Notes: generated by a model from the letters alone, not told the origin. Numbered from the stretch's first letter, positions 9,687 through 20,982 are shown. The stretch is 64,000 nucleotides of DNA from an uncultured delta proteobacterium (GCA_963755125.1 CAVWIP010000011.1:64001-128000); one strand, 5' to 3'. Made by a program: numbers and translations.

Positions 9687-11554
9687 TGGATCCCCGGGTG
9701 CTGGGCCACTACAACCGTGAGCTACAGTACCTGCGAGAAATGGGCGGGGAGTTCGCCCGCGAGTTCCCCAAGATCGCGGGCCGGCTGGGCCTGGAGTCGT
9801 TGGAGTGTTCCGACCCGTATGTCGAGCGTCTGCTCGAGTCCTTCGCCTTCTTGGCCGCCCGGGTCCAGCTCAAGATCGACGCTGAATTCCCGCGCTTCAG
9901 CCAGCACCTGCTGCAAATGGTCTACCCCCACATTCTGGCGCCCACGCCGTCGATGGCGGTGCTGGAGCTGCAGCCCAATTTGTCCGAAGGCGCGCTGGCC
10001 GATGGCTTTCGCGTCGCGCGCGGGACTGCCTTGCGCAGCCTGGCCGGCCGGAGCGCAGGGACCGCCTGCGAGTACCGCACGGCTCACGAACTGGCGCTGT
10101 GGCCACTGGAATTGGTGGGCGCCGAATACACGTCGTTCTTGGCTGATCTCGGCTCACTCCGGCTTTCTGGCAAAGGCAAGGCGGCGCTGCGGCTGCGACT
10201 GCGTGCCGCGGCCGGGTTGACCATGGATCACCTGGCCCTAGAGAAATTGCCCATCTTCTTGCGCGGCGGCGACGAAATCGCCATGCGACTGTACGAGTTG
10301 TTGATGGCCCACACCGTGACGCTGGTCGCCCGGCCAGGGGGACCGGGCCAACCGGGGTGCCAGGTCATGGCCGATGCAAGTGTGAGCCCGCTGGGGTTCG
10401 ACGACGACCAGGCCTTGCTTCCCTACGGACCACGCTGCTTCCAAGGCTATCGACTGTTGCAGGAATATTTCGCGTTTCCCAGTCGCTACATGTTCTTCGA
10501 CCTTTGCGGGCTGCAACACGCCGTGCGCCGTTGCACCGACACCGAGCTGGAGATCATCGTCGTCTTCGACACCCAGGATCCGCGCCTGGAAAAGGCGGTC
10601 GGTCTCTCCCAGTTCGCACTCTTCTGTGCACCCGCGGTGAATCTGTTTCCCCGGCGTGCCGATCGCATCCACCTGGGCGCGAGCGCCAGCGAGTACCACG
10701 TAGTGCCTGACCGGACTCGGCCCATGGATTTCGAGGTCCACGCCGTTACCGAGGTAGTCGGCTATGGCACCGGCAGCGACGAGAAGCAGGAGTTTCTGCC
10801 CCTTTATGCGACCAATGACCAATCACCCGCGGCCGGCAGGGCCTACTACACCGTGCACCGCCAACCACGCTTGCTCTCGGCCAAGCAGCGCGCGCAAGGA
10901 GCTCGTTCGAGCTATGCAGGCAGCGAGGTATTCTTGGCCTTGGTCGATCCCGACGAGGCGCCCTTCCCATCGCGGCTCAAGCAGCTCGCGGTGGCCGTGA
11001 CCTGCACCAACCGCGATCTGCCGCTGCACCTGCCGCTCGGCCAGGGCTCAAGCGATTTCTCGCTGGAAACCGGCGCTCCGGTGGCGGCGGTTCGCTGCGT
11101 GGCGGGCCCGACTCCCCCGCGCGCCTCGTGCGCCCACGGGGATCCGACCTGGAGGTTGATCAGCCACCTGTCGCTCAACTACCTGTCTCTCACCGACGCC
11201 GCGGACGGTGGCGGGGCCTCCGCCCTGCGTGAACTGCTTGCTCTCTACGGCGATTCGGGCGATGCGGTGATCCGCCGACAGATCGAGGGCGTCCGCTCGG
11301 TCGCGTCGCAGCCGGTGACCAGGCGCTTGCCCTTGCCGGGACCGGCCGCCTTCGCTCGCGGCACCGAGGTCACGCTCACCTGCGACGAAACTGCCTTCGA
11401 GGGAATGGGCGTCTTTCTCCTGGGGGCCGTGCTGGAACGATTCTTCAGCAAGTACACCTCCATCAACTCCTTCACCGAGACTGCGCTTCACACGGTACAG
11501 CGCGGGGAAATTGCCCGATGGCCAGCCCGGCTGGGACGCCGCCCGTTGCTGTAG
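9686..11554 (+). CDS. tssF: T6SS baseplate subunit TssF
   Basis: YNRELQYLREMGGEFAREFPKIAGRL, DPYVERLLESFAFL, WRLISHLSLNYLSL, SINSFT; ATG overlaps the tssE stop. Confidence 0.96.
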   Translation: MDPRVLGHYNRELQYLREMGGEFAREFPKIAGRLGLESLECSDPYVERLLESFAFLAARVQLKIDAEFPRFSQHLLQMVYPHILAPTPSMAVLELQPNLSEGALADGFRVARGTALRSLAGRSAGTACEYRTAHELALWPLELVGAEYTSFLADLGSLRLSGKGKAALRLRLRAAAGLTMDHLALEKLPIFLRGGDEIAMRLYELLMAHTVTLVARPGGPGQPGCQVMADASVSPLGFDDDQALLPYGPRCFQGYRLLQEYFAFPSRYMFFDLCGLQHAVRRCTDTELEIIVVFDTQDPRLEKAVGLSQFALFCAPAVNLFPRRADRIHLGASASEYHVVPDRTRPMDFEVHAVTEVVGYGTGSDEKQEFLPLYATNDQSPAAGRAYYTVHRQPRLLSAKQRAQGARSSYAGSEVFLALVDPDEAPFPSRLKQLAVAVTCTNRDLPLHLPLGQGSSDFSLETGAPVAAVRCVAGPTPPRASCAHGDPTWRLISHLSLNYLSLTDAADGGGASALRELLALYGDSGDAVIRRQIEGVRSVASQPVTRRLPLPGPAAFARGTEVTLTCDETAFEGMGVFLLGAVLERFFSKYTSINSFTETALHTVQRGEIARWPARLGRRPLL

Positions 11555-12630
11555 AAGATCCCGCAGCGGGCACTTCCCCTGGCACCGGGGAACTGCTGCG
11601 CACGCTGGAAGGCGCGCCCCATCGATTCGATTTCTTCGATGTGTTGCGACGTTTCGAGTGCGCCTATCCGCAAAGCGCGCGTCTCGGTCGAGCCGCGCGC
11701 CCGTCCGACGAACCGATCCGACTGGGCCAGGAACCGTCCCTAGAATTTGCTCCATCGACAGTGGCGTCTTTCACGCCGGCCGCTGGTGGCACACCGCCGT
11801 GTCTTTCGCTGCACTTTCTCGGGTTGCTTGGTCCCAACGGGCCGTTGCCCATCCACCTGACCGACTATGCGCGCGATCGCGTGCGCAACGCGGGTGACTT
11901 TGCGCTGGTCCGCTTCCTCGACATCTTTCACCACCGGATGCTCGCGCTCTTCTATCGCGCCTGGGCCGACGCCCAGCCCACGGTCAGCCTCGATAGGCCG
12001 GCCCAAGACCGATTCTCCACCTACGTCGGGTCTTTGCTGGGCCTGGGAATGCCGTCGCTTCGCCATCGCGACGAGTTCCCGGACCGGGCCAAGCTGCACT
12101 TCGCCGGCCGCTTCGCCGCGCAGCCGCGCAACTGTGAGGGATTGACCGCGATACTGGACGCCTTCTTTGTCTTGCCGGTCACCGTGGAAGAGTTCGTGGG
12201 CGAATGGTTGACTCTGCCCGAGAAAACGCGCTGGCGGCTGGGGCGCAGCCTCCCATCCGGAATTCTGGGCCAGAGCACGGTGGCTGGCGCGCGGACCTGG
12301 CAGCGTCAAGGCAAGTTCCGCATCGTGTTCGGGCCGCTGCACGAGGACGACTTCCACAGCCTGTTGCCCGGCCAGGCAAGGTTGCGGCGCCTGGTCGCGC
12401 TGGTGCGCAACTACGTCGGCGATTCACTGAACTGGGATGTACGGCTTCATCTTGCGGATCGGGTGACAAGACCATTCCGTCTGGGCTGTGCCGCGCGGCT
12501 GGGCTGGACCTCGTGGCTGGGGCGATGCCCGCAGGGCGAGCGCCGGCAAGATGTGATCCTGAACCCACTGAGGCAAGACGCGGCTGCAGTGTCCGGCCTG
12601 AAAAACAGCAGGAGTATTGAGAATGTCTGA
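11518..12630 (+). CDS. tssG: T6SS baseplate subunit TssG
   Basis: FDFFDVLRRFE, FLGLLGPNGPLPIHLT, FLDIFHHRM, LGWTSWLG. Confidence 0.95.
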   Translation: MASPAGTPPVAVEDPAAGTSPGTGELLRTLEGAPHRFDFFDVLRRFECAYPQSARLGRAARPSDEPIRLGQEPSLEFAPSTVASFTPAAGGTPPCLSLHFLGLLGPNGPLPIHLTDYARDRVRNAGDFALVRFLDIFHHRMLALFYRAWADAQPTVSLDRPAQDRFSTYVGSLLGLGMPSLRHRDEFPDRAKLHFAGRFAAQPRNCEGLTAILDAFFVLPVTVEEFVGEWLTLPEKTRWRLGRSLPSGILGQSTVAGARTWQRQGKFRIVFGPLHEDDFHSLLPGQARLRRLVALVRNYVGDSLNWDVRLHLADRVTRPFRLGCAARLGWTSWLGRCPQGERRQDVILNPLRQDAAAVSGLKNSRSIENV

Positions 12631-15274
12631 AATCGCGCGCGTTTCTCTTTTCGGCAAGCTGAACAGCCTGGGCTACAAGGCCATCGAAAGCGCCACTGTC
12701 TTCTGCAAGCTGCGTGGCAACCCCTATGTCGAACTGGTCCACTGGCTCAATCAGATCCTGCAATTGCCGGACTCGGATCTGCACCACATCCTGCATGAGT
12801 TTCGCATCGATTCTTCGCGCCTGGCGCGCGACCTGACAGCGACCCTGGACCAGCTTCCGCGCGGGGCCACCTCGATCTCTGATCTGTCCTCCCATATCGA
12901 GGAGGCGGTCGAGCGCGGGTGGGTGTACGCGACCCTGCTTTTCGGCGAGTCGCAGGTGCGAACCGGGCACCTGGCAGTGGGAATCCTAAAGACTCCGAGT
13001 CTCAGAAATTCCCTTTCTGCCATTTCGCGCGAGTTCGACAAGGTGAAGGTCGAGCAGCTGACCGACCGATGGAGCGCCATCGTGAAGGGCTCGCCCGAGG
13101 AAGCCATGAGCGCAAGCGACGAGTTCCGGGTCTGCGCTTCGCCCGGGGAATCCATCGCGGCCATGGCCCCGGCTGCCCTGGGCAAACAAGAAGCGCTGCA
13201 CAGATTCTCGGTTGACCTGACCGAGCGCGCGCGAAATGGAGAGATAGATTCCATCGTGGGGCGTGACGAGGAAATCCGGCAGATCGTCGACATCCTCATG
13301 CGCCGGCGGCAGAACAACCCCATCCTCACCGGCGAAGCCGGGGTTGGCAAGACCGCGGTGGTCGAGGGGTTCGCCCAGCGCATTGCCAGCGGCGACGTGC
13401 CCTTGCCTCTGCGGGACGTGTCGCTGCGGGCGCTGGACATCGGACTGCTGCAAGCCGGCGCCAGCATGAAGGGCGAGTTCGAGAATCGCCTGCGCCAGCT
13501 CATCGACGAGGTTCAGGCATCAGCGCAACCGATCATCCTGTTCATCGACGAGGCCCATACCTTGATCGGTGCCGGCGGCGCCGCGGGCACAGGCGACGCG
13601 GCCAACCTGCTTAAGCCGGCCCTGGCGCGCGGCCAACTGCGCACCATCGCGGCCACCACCTGGGCCGAGTACAAGAAGCACATCGAGAAGGATCCGGCGC
13701 TCACCCGGCGGTTCCAGGTGGTGCAGGTGGGCGAGCCCGACGAGGCCAAAGCACTGCTCATGATGCGAGGGACGGCATCCGCGCTGGAGAAGCACCATCG
13801 AGTTCTCGTACTCGACGAGGCGCTCGAAACGGCGGTCAAGCTGTCCCGCCGGTACATTCCGGCCCGCCAGTTGCCCGACAAGGCGGTCAGCCTGCTCGAC
13901 ACCTGCTGTGCGCGAGTCGCCATCAGTCAGCACGCAGTGCCGGCCGAGGTCGAGGACAGCCGCCGCCGTATCCAGGGCCTGGAGACCGAGTTGGAGATCA
14001 TTCTTCGAGAAGCGGCCTTGGGCATGACTGGCGACGCTGGTCACGAAAGGATCGTTCAAGACAAACTGGAAGCGGAAAGGCAACGGCTGGCCGGCCTGGA
14101 GCAGCGCTGGGCCGCGGAGAAGAAGCTGGTCGATCGCATTCTCGATCTGCGGAGCAAGCTGCGGGGAAGCCCTGAGTCGCCCGAGCGAAGCGCCTGGCTG
14201 GACGAACTACACATGGCCCAGGCTGCGCTCGGCAAGCTGCAGGGCGAGCAACCCTTGATTCTGCCCACCGTGGATCAGCAGGTGGTGGCTTCCGTGGTGG
14301 GCGATTGGACCGGCATCCCGGTGGGCCGCATGGTGAAGAACGAGATCGAGACCGTGCTGAGGCTGGCCGAGACCCTCGGCCAACGCGTGCTCGGCCAGGG
14401 CCACGCCCTGGACATGATTGCCCGCCGGATCCAGACCTCGCGCGCCGGGATCGAAAACCCCAGCAAGCCCGTCGGTGTGTTCATGCTGGCCGGACCTTCC
14501 GGCGTCGGAAAAACCGAGACCGCGCTGGCCCTGGCTGAGACGTTGTATGGAGGCGAGCAGAACGCCATCACGATCAACATGAGCGAATTCCAGGAGGCGC
14601 ACAGCGTGTCCACGCTCAAGGGCGCGCCCCCTGGCTACGTCGGCTACGGCGAGGGCGGCGTGCTGACCGAGGCGGTCCGGCGCCGCCCCTACAGCGTGGT
14701 GCTGCTCGACGAGGTGGAAAAAGCCCATCCCGACGTACACGAGATCTTCTTCCAGGTCTTTGACAAGGGCTGGATGGAAGACGGCGAAGGCCGGGGCATC
14801 GATTTCAAGAACACCCTGATCTTCCTCACCACCAATGTGGGCAGCGAGCTGATCCTCGGCCTTTGCAAAGATCCCGACGCGCGGCCCGATCCCGAGCAGA
14901 TCGCTCGGGCGTTGCGCAAGCCGCTGCTGCGAGCCTTCCCCGCGGCCCTTCTCGGCCGCATGGTCACCATCCCCTACTATCCGCTCAGCGACCAAATGAT
15001 CGGCAACATCGCACGCTTGCAGCTCGACCGCGTGGCCAGGCGCGTACAGGAGAGCCACCGCATCCCGTTCAGCTACGACAACGCGGTCGTGAAGCTGATC
15101 GCCGACCGTTGCACCGAGTTGGAGAGCGGCGGTCGCATGATCGACTCGATCCTGACCAACACCCTGCTGCCCCGGATCAGCCAGGAGCTGCTCACCCGCA
15201 TGATGGAGGCCAGGCCCGTCACCAGAATCGCGACGACTGTGACCGGCGGCGAATTACAGTTCGCGTTTGATTGA
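12623..15274 (+). CDS. tssH: T6SS AAA+ ATPase ClpV (TssH)
   Basis: [13 protein letters not shown]-domain; Walker A GEAGVGKT and [19 protein letters not shown]. Confidence 0.97.
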   Translation: MSEIARVSLFGKLNSLGYKAIESATVFCKLRGNPYVELVHWLNQILQLPDSDLHHILHEFRIDSSRLARDLTATLDQLPRGATSISDLSSHIEEAVERGWVYATLLFGESQVRTGHLAVGILKTPSLRNSLSAISREFDKVKVEQLTDRWSAIVKGSPEEAMSASDEFRVCASPGESIAAMAPAALGKQEALHRFSVDLTERARNGEIDSIVGRDEEIRQIVDILMRRRQNNPILTGEAGVGKTAVVEGFAQRIASGDVPLPLRDVSLRALDIGLLQAGASMKGEFENRLRQLIDEVQASAQPIILFIDEAHTLIGAGGAAGTGDAANLLKPALARGQLRTIAATTWAEYKKHIEKDPALTRRFQVVQVGEPDEAKALLMMRGTASALEKHHRVLVLDEALETAVKLSRRYIPARQLPDKAVSLLDTCCARVAISQHAVPAEVEDSRRRIQGLETELEIILREAALGMTGDAGHERIVQDKLEAERQRLAGLEQRWAAEKKLVDRILDLRSKLRGSPESPERSAWLDELHMAQAALGKLQGEQPLILPTVDQQVVASVVGDWTGIPVGRMVKNEIETVLRLAETLGQRVLGQGHALDMIARRIQTSRAGIENPSKPVGVFMLAGPSGVGKTETALALAETLYGGEQNAITINMSEFQEAHSVSTLKGAPPGYVGYGEGGVLTEAVRRRPYSVVLLDEVEKAHPDVHEIFFQVFDKGWMEDGEGRGIDFKNTLIFLTTNVGSELILGLCKDPDARPDPEQIARALRKPLLRAFPAALLGRMVTIPYYPLSDQMIGNIARLQLDRVARRVQESHRIPFSYDNAVVKLIADRCTELESGGRMIDSILTNTLLPRISQELLTRMMEARPVTRIATTVTGGELQFAFD

Positions 15275-15356
15275 TTGCCAGCAAGAAGAACCGCGTGCTG
15301 CGGCTGGCCGAACTGGCGGCACCTCGACCAGTGCGTATTGGAGTAAACTGTCAGTC

Positions 15357-16751
15357 ATGGGCGAACAAGCGTCGTCAGAGAAGTCCCTTCCGCTCAAGTT
15401 GCGCACTCACGCTCCGATCCTTCTGGCAGCAACTCTGTTCGGCTGTGGTTCATCGGGTAGCAACTCGGTCGGCGCGCAGGATGCGAGCGCAGGTGGCACC
15501 GCTGGATCCAGCAGCGCGGCCGTGGCCGGCGCTGGTGGTGGCGGCGCAGCGGGAGCCAGCAGTGCGACCGTGGCCGGTTCCAGTGGCGGTGGTTCGACTG
15601 GCACGTGCCTGGGCGCGCAGGTGCTGGCCGATCTGGGCAAGGCGCATGTGCTGGCCGGCGCTTCGATGGAGGACGCGACAGCGGCCACGGTGAAGGCCGA
15701 CCTGCGCTACCAGTATCTTTCTGGTGGGATCTTCGACGGCACCTCGCCCTGCACCTCGTGCGCATCGGGCTGCACGACCAATGGAACTTCCTGCGCGAAC
15801 ACCGTGGGCTGCGCCTGGTGGGGTTGCTGGCAGTACGACCAGGATCCGCCCGGCGCCTATGTTCGCAACTTCGTGTCCACGGCCAAGGGCAACAGCCAGA
15901 TCCCCATGTTCACCTACTACCAGATTCTGCAAGCCAGCGGCGCGACCGAGGACGCCGGCGAGGTTGCCGCGGCCAACAACGCCGCTTTCATGGCGCGGTA
16001 TTTTGCCGACTTTCGTTTCGTCTTGCAGAACATCGGCAGCGACACCGCCCTGGTACACATCGAGCCCGATTTCTGGGGCTATGCCGAGCAGGTGAACAGC
16101 AATCCGCACTCGATCCCGGCCGCGGTCGCCTCGGCCAACTCCACTGACTGCGCCGGCACCGAGAACAGCATCGCGGGCCTGGGCAATTGCGTAATCGCGA
16201 TGGCGCGCAAGTACGCCCCCAAGGTGCGCATCGGCCTGCACGGCTCGGGCTGGGGCACCGACATCGACGTGCTGGCCAATACCAGCGCCTCGCTCAACGT
16301 ACCCGCCGAGGCCAAGAAACTGGCGGATTTCCTGGTCGCCTGCGGAGCCGCCACCGGCGACTTCATCGTGGTCGACGCCAGCGATCGCGACGCCGGCTAC
16401 TATCAGAGCATCGGCCGCAACACCTGGTGGGACGCAACCAACGCCACCCTGCCCGACTTCACCCAGGCCTTCACCTGGGCCAAGGCCCTGGCCGAAGAGG
16501 CCGGCACCGGCGTGCTATGGTGGCAGCTTCCGGTGGGCAACATGAACCTGCCCAACCAGACCAACGCCTGGAAGGACAACCGCGTGGACTACTTTTTCGG
16601 CCACACCGACGAGCTGGCGGCCAGTCACTCCGTCGGGATGGCGTTCGGCGCCGGCGATGCCAACCAGACCACGCCCGAGACCGACGGGGGCAACCTGGTG
16701 TCCAAGCTGAACGCCTACGCCGCCTCCGGCGGACAGGCCTACTGTCCCTAG
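15357..16751 (+). CDS. lipoprotein with Gly/Ser/Ala linker and putative glycoside-hydrolase-like catalytic domain
   Basis: Lipobox LFGC, low-complexity linker, Trp/Tyr/Asp-rich domain (PMFTYYQ, VHIEPDFWGY, DRDAG, LWWQLPVGN); family not firmly assigned; start uncertain. Confidence 0.6.
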   Translation: MGEQASSEKSLPLKLRTHAPILLAATLFGCGSSGSNSVGAQDASAGGTAGSSSAAVAGAGGGGAAGASSATVAGSSGGGSTGTCLGAQVLADLGKAHVLAGASMEDATAATVKADLRYQYLSGGIFDGTSPCTSCASGCTTNGTSCANTVGCAWWGCWQYDQDPPGAYVRNFVSTAKGNSQIPMFTYYQILQASGATEDAGEVAAANNAAFMARYFADFRFVLQNIGSDTALVHIEPDFWGYAEQVNSNPHSIPAAVASANSTDCAGTENSIAGLGNCVIAMARKYAPKVRIGLHGSGWGTDIDVLANTSASLNVPAEAKKLADFLVACGAATGDFIVVDASDRDAGYYQSIGRNTWWDATNATLPDFTQAFTWAKALAEEAGTGVLWWQLPVGNMNLPNQTNAWKDNRVDYFFGHTDELAASHSVGMAFGAGDANQTTPETDGGNLVSKLNAYAASGGQAYCP

Positions 16752-16991
16752 CGCCGCCGGTCAAAAATTGTCGAGGGGAGAGGCGATCGAGGCGCCCGGC
16801 CGCTGCGCGGCCGCTGCCTGATCTGCAGCAACATCCTCGCGAAGAACAAAGACAGAATTTGCCGCCATTCGGACGACAGATGGGTCGTTCTCGTGACAAT
16901 CCCGCGACGGGAACGTCAACCTTGCCGAAGCCTTTTTATTGGTCTTCTTTTGGTTTGACTGGCCACAGAAAGAAAGACTAGAAGGCCAGCC

Positions 16992-18575
16992 ATGCACACT
17001 TCCATCCGCACGCACGTTGGTTCGAAAAACTCTGGCTGTCTCTTCGGTCTGGCCTTGCTCGGCATGCTCGGCGCCTGCACGGGGCGGAGCCCGGGCAAGA
17101 GCGTGGAAACTTCGCAGGAAGCGCTCACCGGCTCGTTCGCGATCTCGGGCGCGGTGACATCGTCGAAGGGTCCTGTCGTGGGTGCGACGGTGAAATTGGC
17201 AGGGTCGGAATCCCGGACTGCTTTCTCCGATGCGACCGGGCACTACTCGATTCCCGGGCTCGGCGTCGGCAGCTATCAGCTCTCGGCGTCCGCCAGTTCC
17301 ACCTGCACGAGCTCGACGGTGCCACTCAACAACATGAACGCCAGCGTGACGGTCGACCTCGGATTGACCGGGACCGGCTGCGCATCGTTCGTCGGGGTGC
17401 TCGGGCCGACCGGTCCGGCGGGTCCGGCTGGTGCGCAGGGAAAGACTGGCGCGACTGGCGCGCAGGGGCCTGCGGGTGCGATCGGGCCCGCGGGTGCGGT
17501 CGGACCTGCAGGTGCGATGGGACCTGCGGGTCCGCAAGGCGTTCCGGGCGTCCCGGGTCCACAAGGAGCCCCTGGGACTCCGGGGGCAGCCGGGCCTCAG
17601 GGCGCAGCAGGTCCGGCAGGTCCGGCAGGTCCAGCGGGCGCAGCCGGCCCGCAGGGCGCGACAGGTCCGCAGGGTCCGACCGGCCCCTCGGGAACTGCGA
17701 CACCACCACTCGTGGTCATTGGCTCAATGAGCTTCGGTACCTTGGTGACCAGCGCGCCAATCCGCACGTTCAGCCAGCGGGTGGACGTTCCGTGGGGTCT
17801 TTCCGGGCCAACAGGACAGGCGCAGCTTTCCGCGATCCAGATCAGCCGCGACACCGACGTCTCGAGTCCGAACCTCGCCCTCATCGCAGCGAACCAACAG
17901 GCGACTTCCACGGCGCAAATCGTACTTGCCGGGGGCGCCCTTACCATCGGGTTGACCAACGTCATTCTCACTCAGTTCAGCACCGATTCGACCCAGGATG
18001 GCGCGCCCATCGAGCAGCTCACGCTGATCTTTACCAAGGAAACCTGGAGCTACGGCTCGTCGACGGTCACCTACGACCCCTCCTCGGAAAACGGCGGCAG
18101 CGGCGGCGGCCCCGTGGGCCCCAAGTTCGTGTTTTTCGGTCAAGGCGTCGACCCAAGCAGCTTCTCAAGTGAAACCCCCTTCTCCAAGCTCGTCATGTCG
18201 CTGACCAGCCCGACCGGCACCGGCCCGGGTTCTGGCTTGGCCGGCAACACGGTATTTTCCCCACTGACGCTGGTAACCGGCGTTTCTGTGCAGACGCTTA
18301 GCGAGTTGGGCGCCGCCTTACGCCAGACCACCACTCAAGCTGTGACTGCTCATTTCACGGCGCTCGACAACAACAACGCGATCGTCGATCGCATGCGGTA
18401 CGACATGCAGAACGTTCAGGTGAGCACGGTGGCGATCGACACCGCCCCGGACGGAACGCTCCAGGACACCGTGGGATTCCAGCCTGCCAAGATCACGTGG
18501 ACCGCGCAGTCACTCACCGGCGGTCCGAATGTGACGACTACGTGGAACATCGCCGGCGGGGGCCCAAGTCACTAG
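16992..18575 (+). CDS. lipoprotein: carboxypeptidase-regulatory-like beta-sandwich + collagen repeat + two tandem Hcp-like domains
   Basis: Lipobox [20 protein letters not shown]...[19 protein letters not shown]; 34 Gly-X-Y; two C-terminal segments that align by eye with Hcp ([16 protein letters not shown]...[21 protein letters not shown]...NVQVS...[12 protein letters not shown]). Confidence 0.8.
   Translation: MHTSIRTHVGSKNSGCLFGLALLGMLGACTGRSPGKSVETSQEALTGSFAISGAVTSSKGPVVGATVKLAGSESRTAFSDATGHYSIPGLGVGSYQLSASASSTCTSSTVPLNNMNASVTVDLGLTGTGCASFVGVLGPTGPAGPAGAQGKTGATGAQGPAGAIGPAGAVGPAGAMGPAGPQGVPGVPGPQGAPGTPGAAGPQGAAGPAGPAGPAGAAGPQGATGPQGPTGPSGTATPPLVVIGSMSFGTLVTSAPIRTFSQRVDVPWGLSGPTGQAQLSAIQISRDTDVSSPNLALIAANQQATSTAQIVLAGGALTIGLTNVILTQFSTDSTQDGAPIEQLTLIFTKETWSYGSSTVTYDPSSENGGSGGGPVGPKFVFFGQGVDPSSFSSETPFSKLVMSLTSPTGTGPGSGLAGNTVFSPLTLVTGVSVQTLSELGAALRQTTTQAVTAHFTALDNNNAIVDRMRYDMQNVQVSTVAIDTAPDGTLQDTVGFQPAKITWTAQSLTGGPNVTTTWNIAGGGPSH
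17394..17699 (+). repeat. collagen-like (Gly-X-Y)34 coding repeat
   Basis: Uninterrupted GVL GPT GPA ... GPS GTA, 102 codons. Confidence 0.95.
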
Positions 18576-18856
18576 ACTTGATGGCACCGCGATCATCACG
18601 CTCACATCGGCTGGGGTGGTCCCCACCAATGACGGCGCCGAGTGTGGCACGCCCGCCGCGCGCTAGGGCCTCCGGTCAGAAGTTGTGGAGGGGAGGGGCG
18701 GCCGAGCCGAAGTGCAAGCTGGCGGCATCCTGGGTCGAGTAGCCGATAGCCGCTCTGCCCCCTGGCTTCCTGCCTGCGTTTTGCCCCGAGATCCGCTACT
18801 ATCTGCCCGCGCGCCCCACCGGGGCTGCGATGAACCACCAGCGAGAGGCAGACACC

Positions 18857-20122
18857 ATGGCGACCAAGACCCTTGCAGATATCAACGTCAGCGGCAAGAC
18901 CGTGCTCATGCGCGTGGATTTCAACGTGCCCCTGAAGGGCGGCCAGATCACCGACGACCGGCGCATCCGCGCCGCGCTTCCCAGCATCAAGCAGGTGCTG
19001 GACCAGGGCGGCAAGTTGGTACTGATGAGCCACCTGGGCCGGCCCGACGGCGCCTTCGATCCAGAGGGCAGCCTCAAGCCCTGCGCCGCGCGCCTGGGCG
19101 ACCTGCTGGGCAAGCCGGTGAAGCTCGGGCCCAAAGAGGTCATCGGTCCGGCCGCCGAGGCTCTGGTGGCTTCGCTCAAGCCGGGCGATGTGGCCCTGCT
19201 GGAGAATGTGCGCTTCAACGCGGGCGAAACCATGCCCGACAAGGCTAAGAAGAATCCCGACAAGAAGCTGACGGCAGAGCAGCAGAAGACCCACGACGAT
19301 TTCGTCGCCGGACTGGCCAAGCTGGGCGACGTGTACGTCAACGACGCCTTTGGCACCTGTCACCGCAAGCACGCCAGCATGTACGGCACGGCCAAAGCCA
19401 TCCAGAAGAAGGGCGGCACCGCGGTGGCCGGGTATCTGGTGGAGAAGGAGATTCGCTACCTGCACGAGGCGGTGTCCAGCCCCAAGCGGCCCTTCGTGGC
19501 CATCCTGGGAGGGGCCAAGGTCAGCGACAAGATCAAGCTCATCTCCAACCTGCTCGGCAAGGTGGACCACATCCTCATCGGCGGGGCCATGGCATACACA
19601 CTGCTGAAGGCACGCGGCGTGGCCGTGGGCAAGAGCCGGGTCGAGGAAGATCAGGTCGAGGAGATGAAAAAGCTTCTCGGACAGGCGGGCGGCAAGATCG
19701 TGCTGCCCTGCGATCACAGCGCGGCGGCCAACTTCGACTTCAAGGCCATGACCGGCGACAAGCCCACGGTAGTACCCGGCGCCGCGATTCCCGACGGGCT
19801 GATGGGAATGGACATCGGACCCAAGACCGTGGCTGCCTTCGGCGACATCATCGGCAAGGCCGGCACCATCGTGTGGAACGGCCCCATGGGCGTGTTCGAG
19901 GCCCCGGACTACGCGGCCGGCACCCTGGCTGTGGCCAAGGCGATCGCGGCGGCCACTGGCCGTGGCGCCATCACGGTCATCGGCGGCGGCGACTCGGCCG
20001 CAGCGGTCGAGAAGATGGGCCTGGCTGACAAGATGACCCACGTCTCCACCGGCGGCGGCGCCAGCCTGGAGTACCTGGAAGGCAAGACCATGCCGCCGAT
20101 TGAAGTGCTCGACCAGAAGTAG
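18857..20122 (+). CDS. pgk: phosphoglycerate kinase
   Basis: [55 protein letters not shown]. Confidence 0.98.
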   Translation: MATKTLADINVSGKTVLMRVDFNVPLKGGQITDDRRIRAALPSIKQVLDQGGKLVLMSHLGRPDGAFDPEGSLKPCAARLGDLLGKPVKLGPKEVIGPAAEALVASLKPGDVALLENVRFNAGETMPDKAKKNPDKKLTAEQQKTHDDFVAGLAKLGDVYVNDAFGTCHRKHASMYGTAKAIQKKGGTAVAGYLVEKEIRYLHEAVSSPKRPFVAILGGAKVSDKIKLISNLLGKVDHILIGGAMAYTLLKARGVAVGKSRVEEDQVEEMKKLLGQAGGKIVLPCDHSAAANFDFKAMTGDKPTVVPGAAIPDGLMGMDIGPKTVAAFGDIIGKAGTIVWNGPMGVFEAPDYAAGTLAVAKAIAAATGRGAITVIGGGDSAAAVEKMGLADKMTHVSTGGGASLEYLEGKTMPPIEVLDQK

Positions 20123-20155
20123 CAGGCCGAGGAGGGCGGATCAAACGCCTATTGG

Positions 20156-20713
20156 TTAGGCCGCGTCATCGTCTCGCCCGATGCGCCTGCACCAGCGCTT
20201 TCCATCGAGCTGAAAACCTAATGCCTTAAACATGCGAGAGTGACCTCGATGCGTCGAGGTGATGCCGGCGGTGTCGAACGGATATCCCTCGACGACCTCG
20301 GCGCCTTGTTCTCGCGCATACGCGACAGCGCCTTCTAGCAAGGCGCTCGCGATGTGCTGGTGGCGATAAGGCTGAGCGACGAAGAAGCAGAGCACGGTCC
20401 AGGTCGGCGTCTCGGAAGACGTCACGCGAGGCATGGTTCTGGACCGCTCGAGTCGAACGTAGGTTTCGCGAGGGGCGACTGAGCACCACCCAACGGGTTC
20501 GGTGCCCTTGCACGCGAGCAGGCCGATAGGTGTCCCCGCATCGACGAGCTTCAGCATGGAAGCCCTCTTTTGCGTGTCGCTCGATTTCCGCCCACCGCAC
20601 AGGCGATGCAGGGTGCACCAACAGTAGTGCGGGCTACCCTTCGCCTCGAAAAAGCGGGCAAATGCCTCCCAATTCTCGCGCGTAACGGGTTGAATCCTAA
20701 TCTCGCGGATCAC
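20156..20713 (-). CDS. GNAT family N-acetyltransferase
   Basis: CWC..HR, PVGWCSVAPR, CFFV...YR..HIASALL..AV.YA...GAEVVEGYP. Confidence 0.85.
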   Translation of the reverse strand: MIREIRIQPVTRENWEAFARFFEAKGSPHYCWCTLHRLCGGRKSSDTQKRASMLKLVDAGTPIGLLACKGTEPVGWCSVAPRETYVRLERSRTMPRVTSSETPTWTVLCFFVAQPYRHQHIASALLEGAVAYAREQGAEVVEGYPFDTAGITSTHRGHSRMFKALGFQLDGKRWCRRIGRDDDAA

Positions 20714-20982
20714 CCATTAGATGTACCGCACGGAAAGCCGGCAAGTCACTAGCGGCCCGGGGACATCGGGGCCACGCTGACGAGTTTGTCTCGCGAGGAG
20801 TCCTAACTGTGTCGCCTTGCCGTTCAGCTGCAAGCCCGCCGCCGAGTCGGCATCTCGATTCCACGCCAGTCACTATAAGGGAAGACGGTCGATATAGAAG
20901 AAATGCGACGAGTGAACACCAGCGTCGCAGAGCTTGCCCGCTCGGAGTAGTTGGCGAAGCCGGCCAGACGAAATAGCACCGA

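Noticed and set aside
17394..17699. Phage tail fibre / prophage
   Set aside because: The collagen repeat is in a lipoprotein and no phage structural or integrase genes are nearby.
18602..20041. Long antisense ORFs (e.g. opposite pgk; also 24909-26429, 26413-27780, 40838-42352)
   Set aside because: Typical high-GC shadow ORFs opposite well-supported genes, with no motifs.
20714..20982. Gene remnant or sRNA between the GNAT gene and ddl
   Set aside because: No convincing ORF, motif or structure identified.
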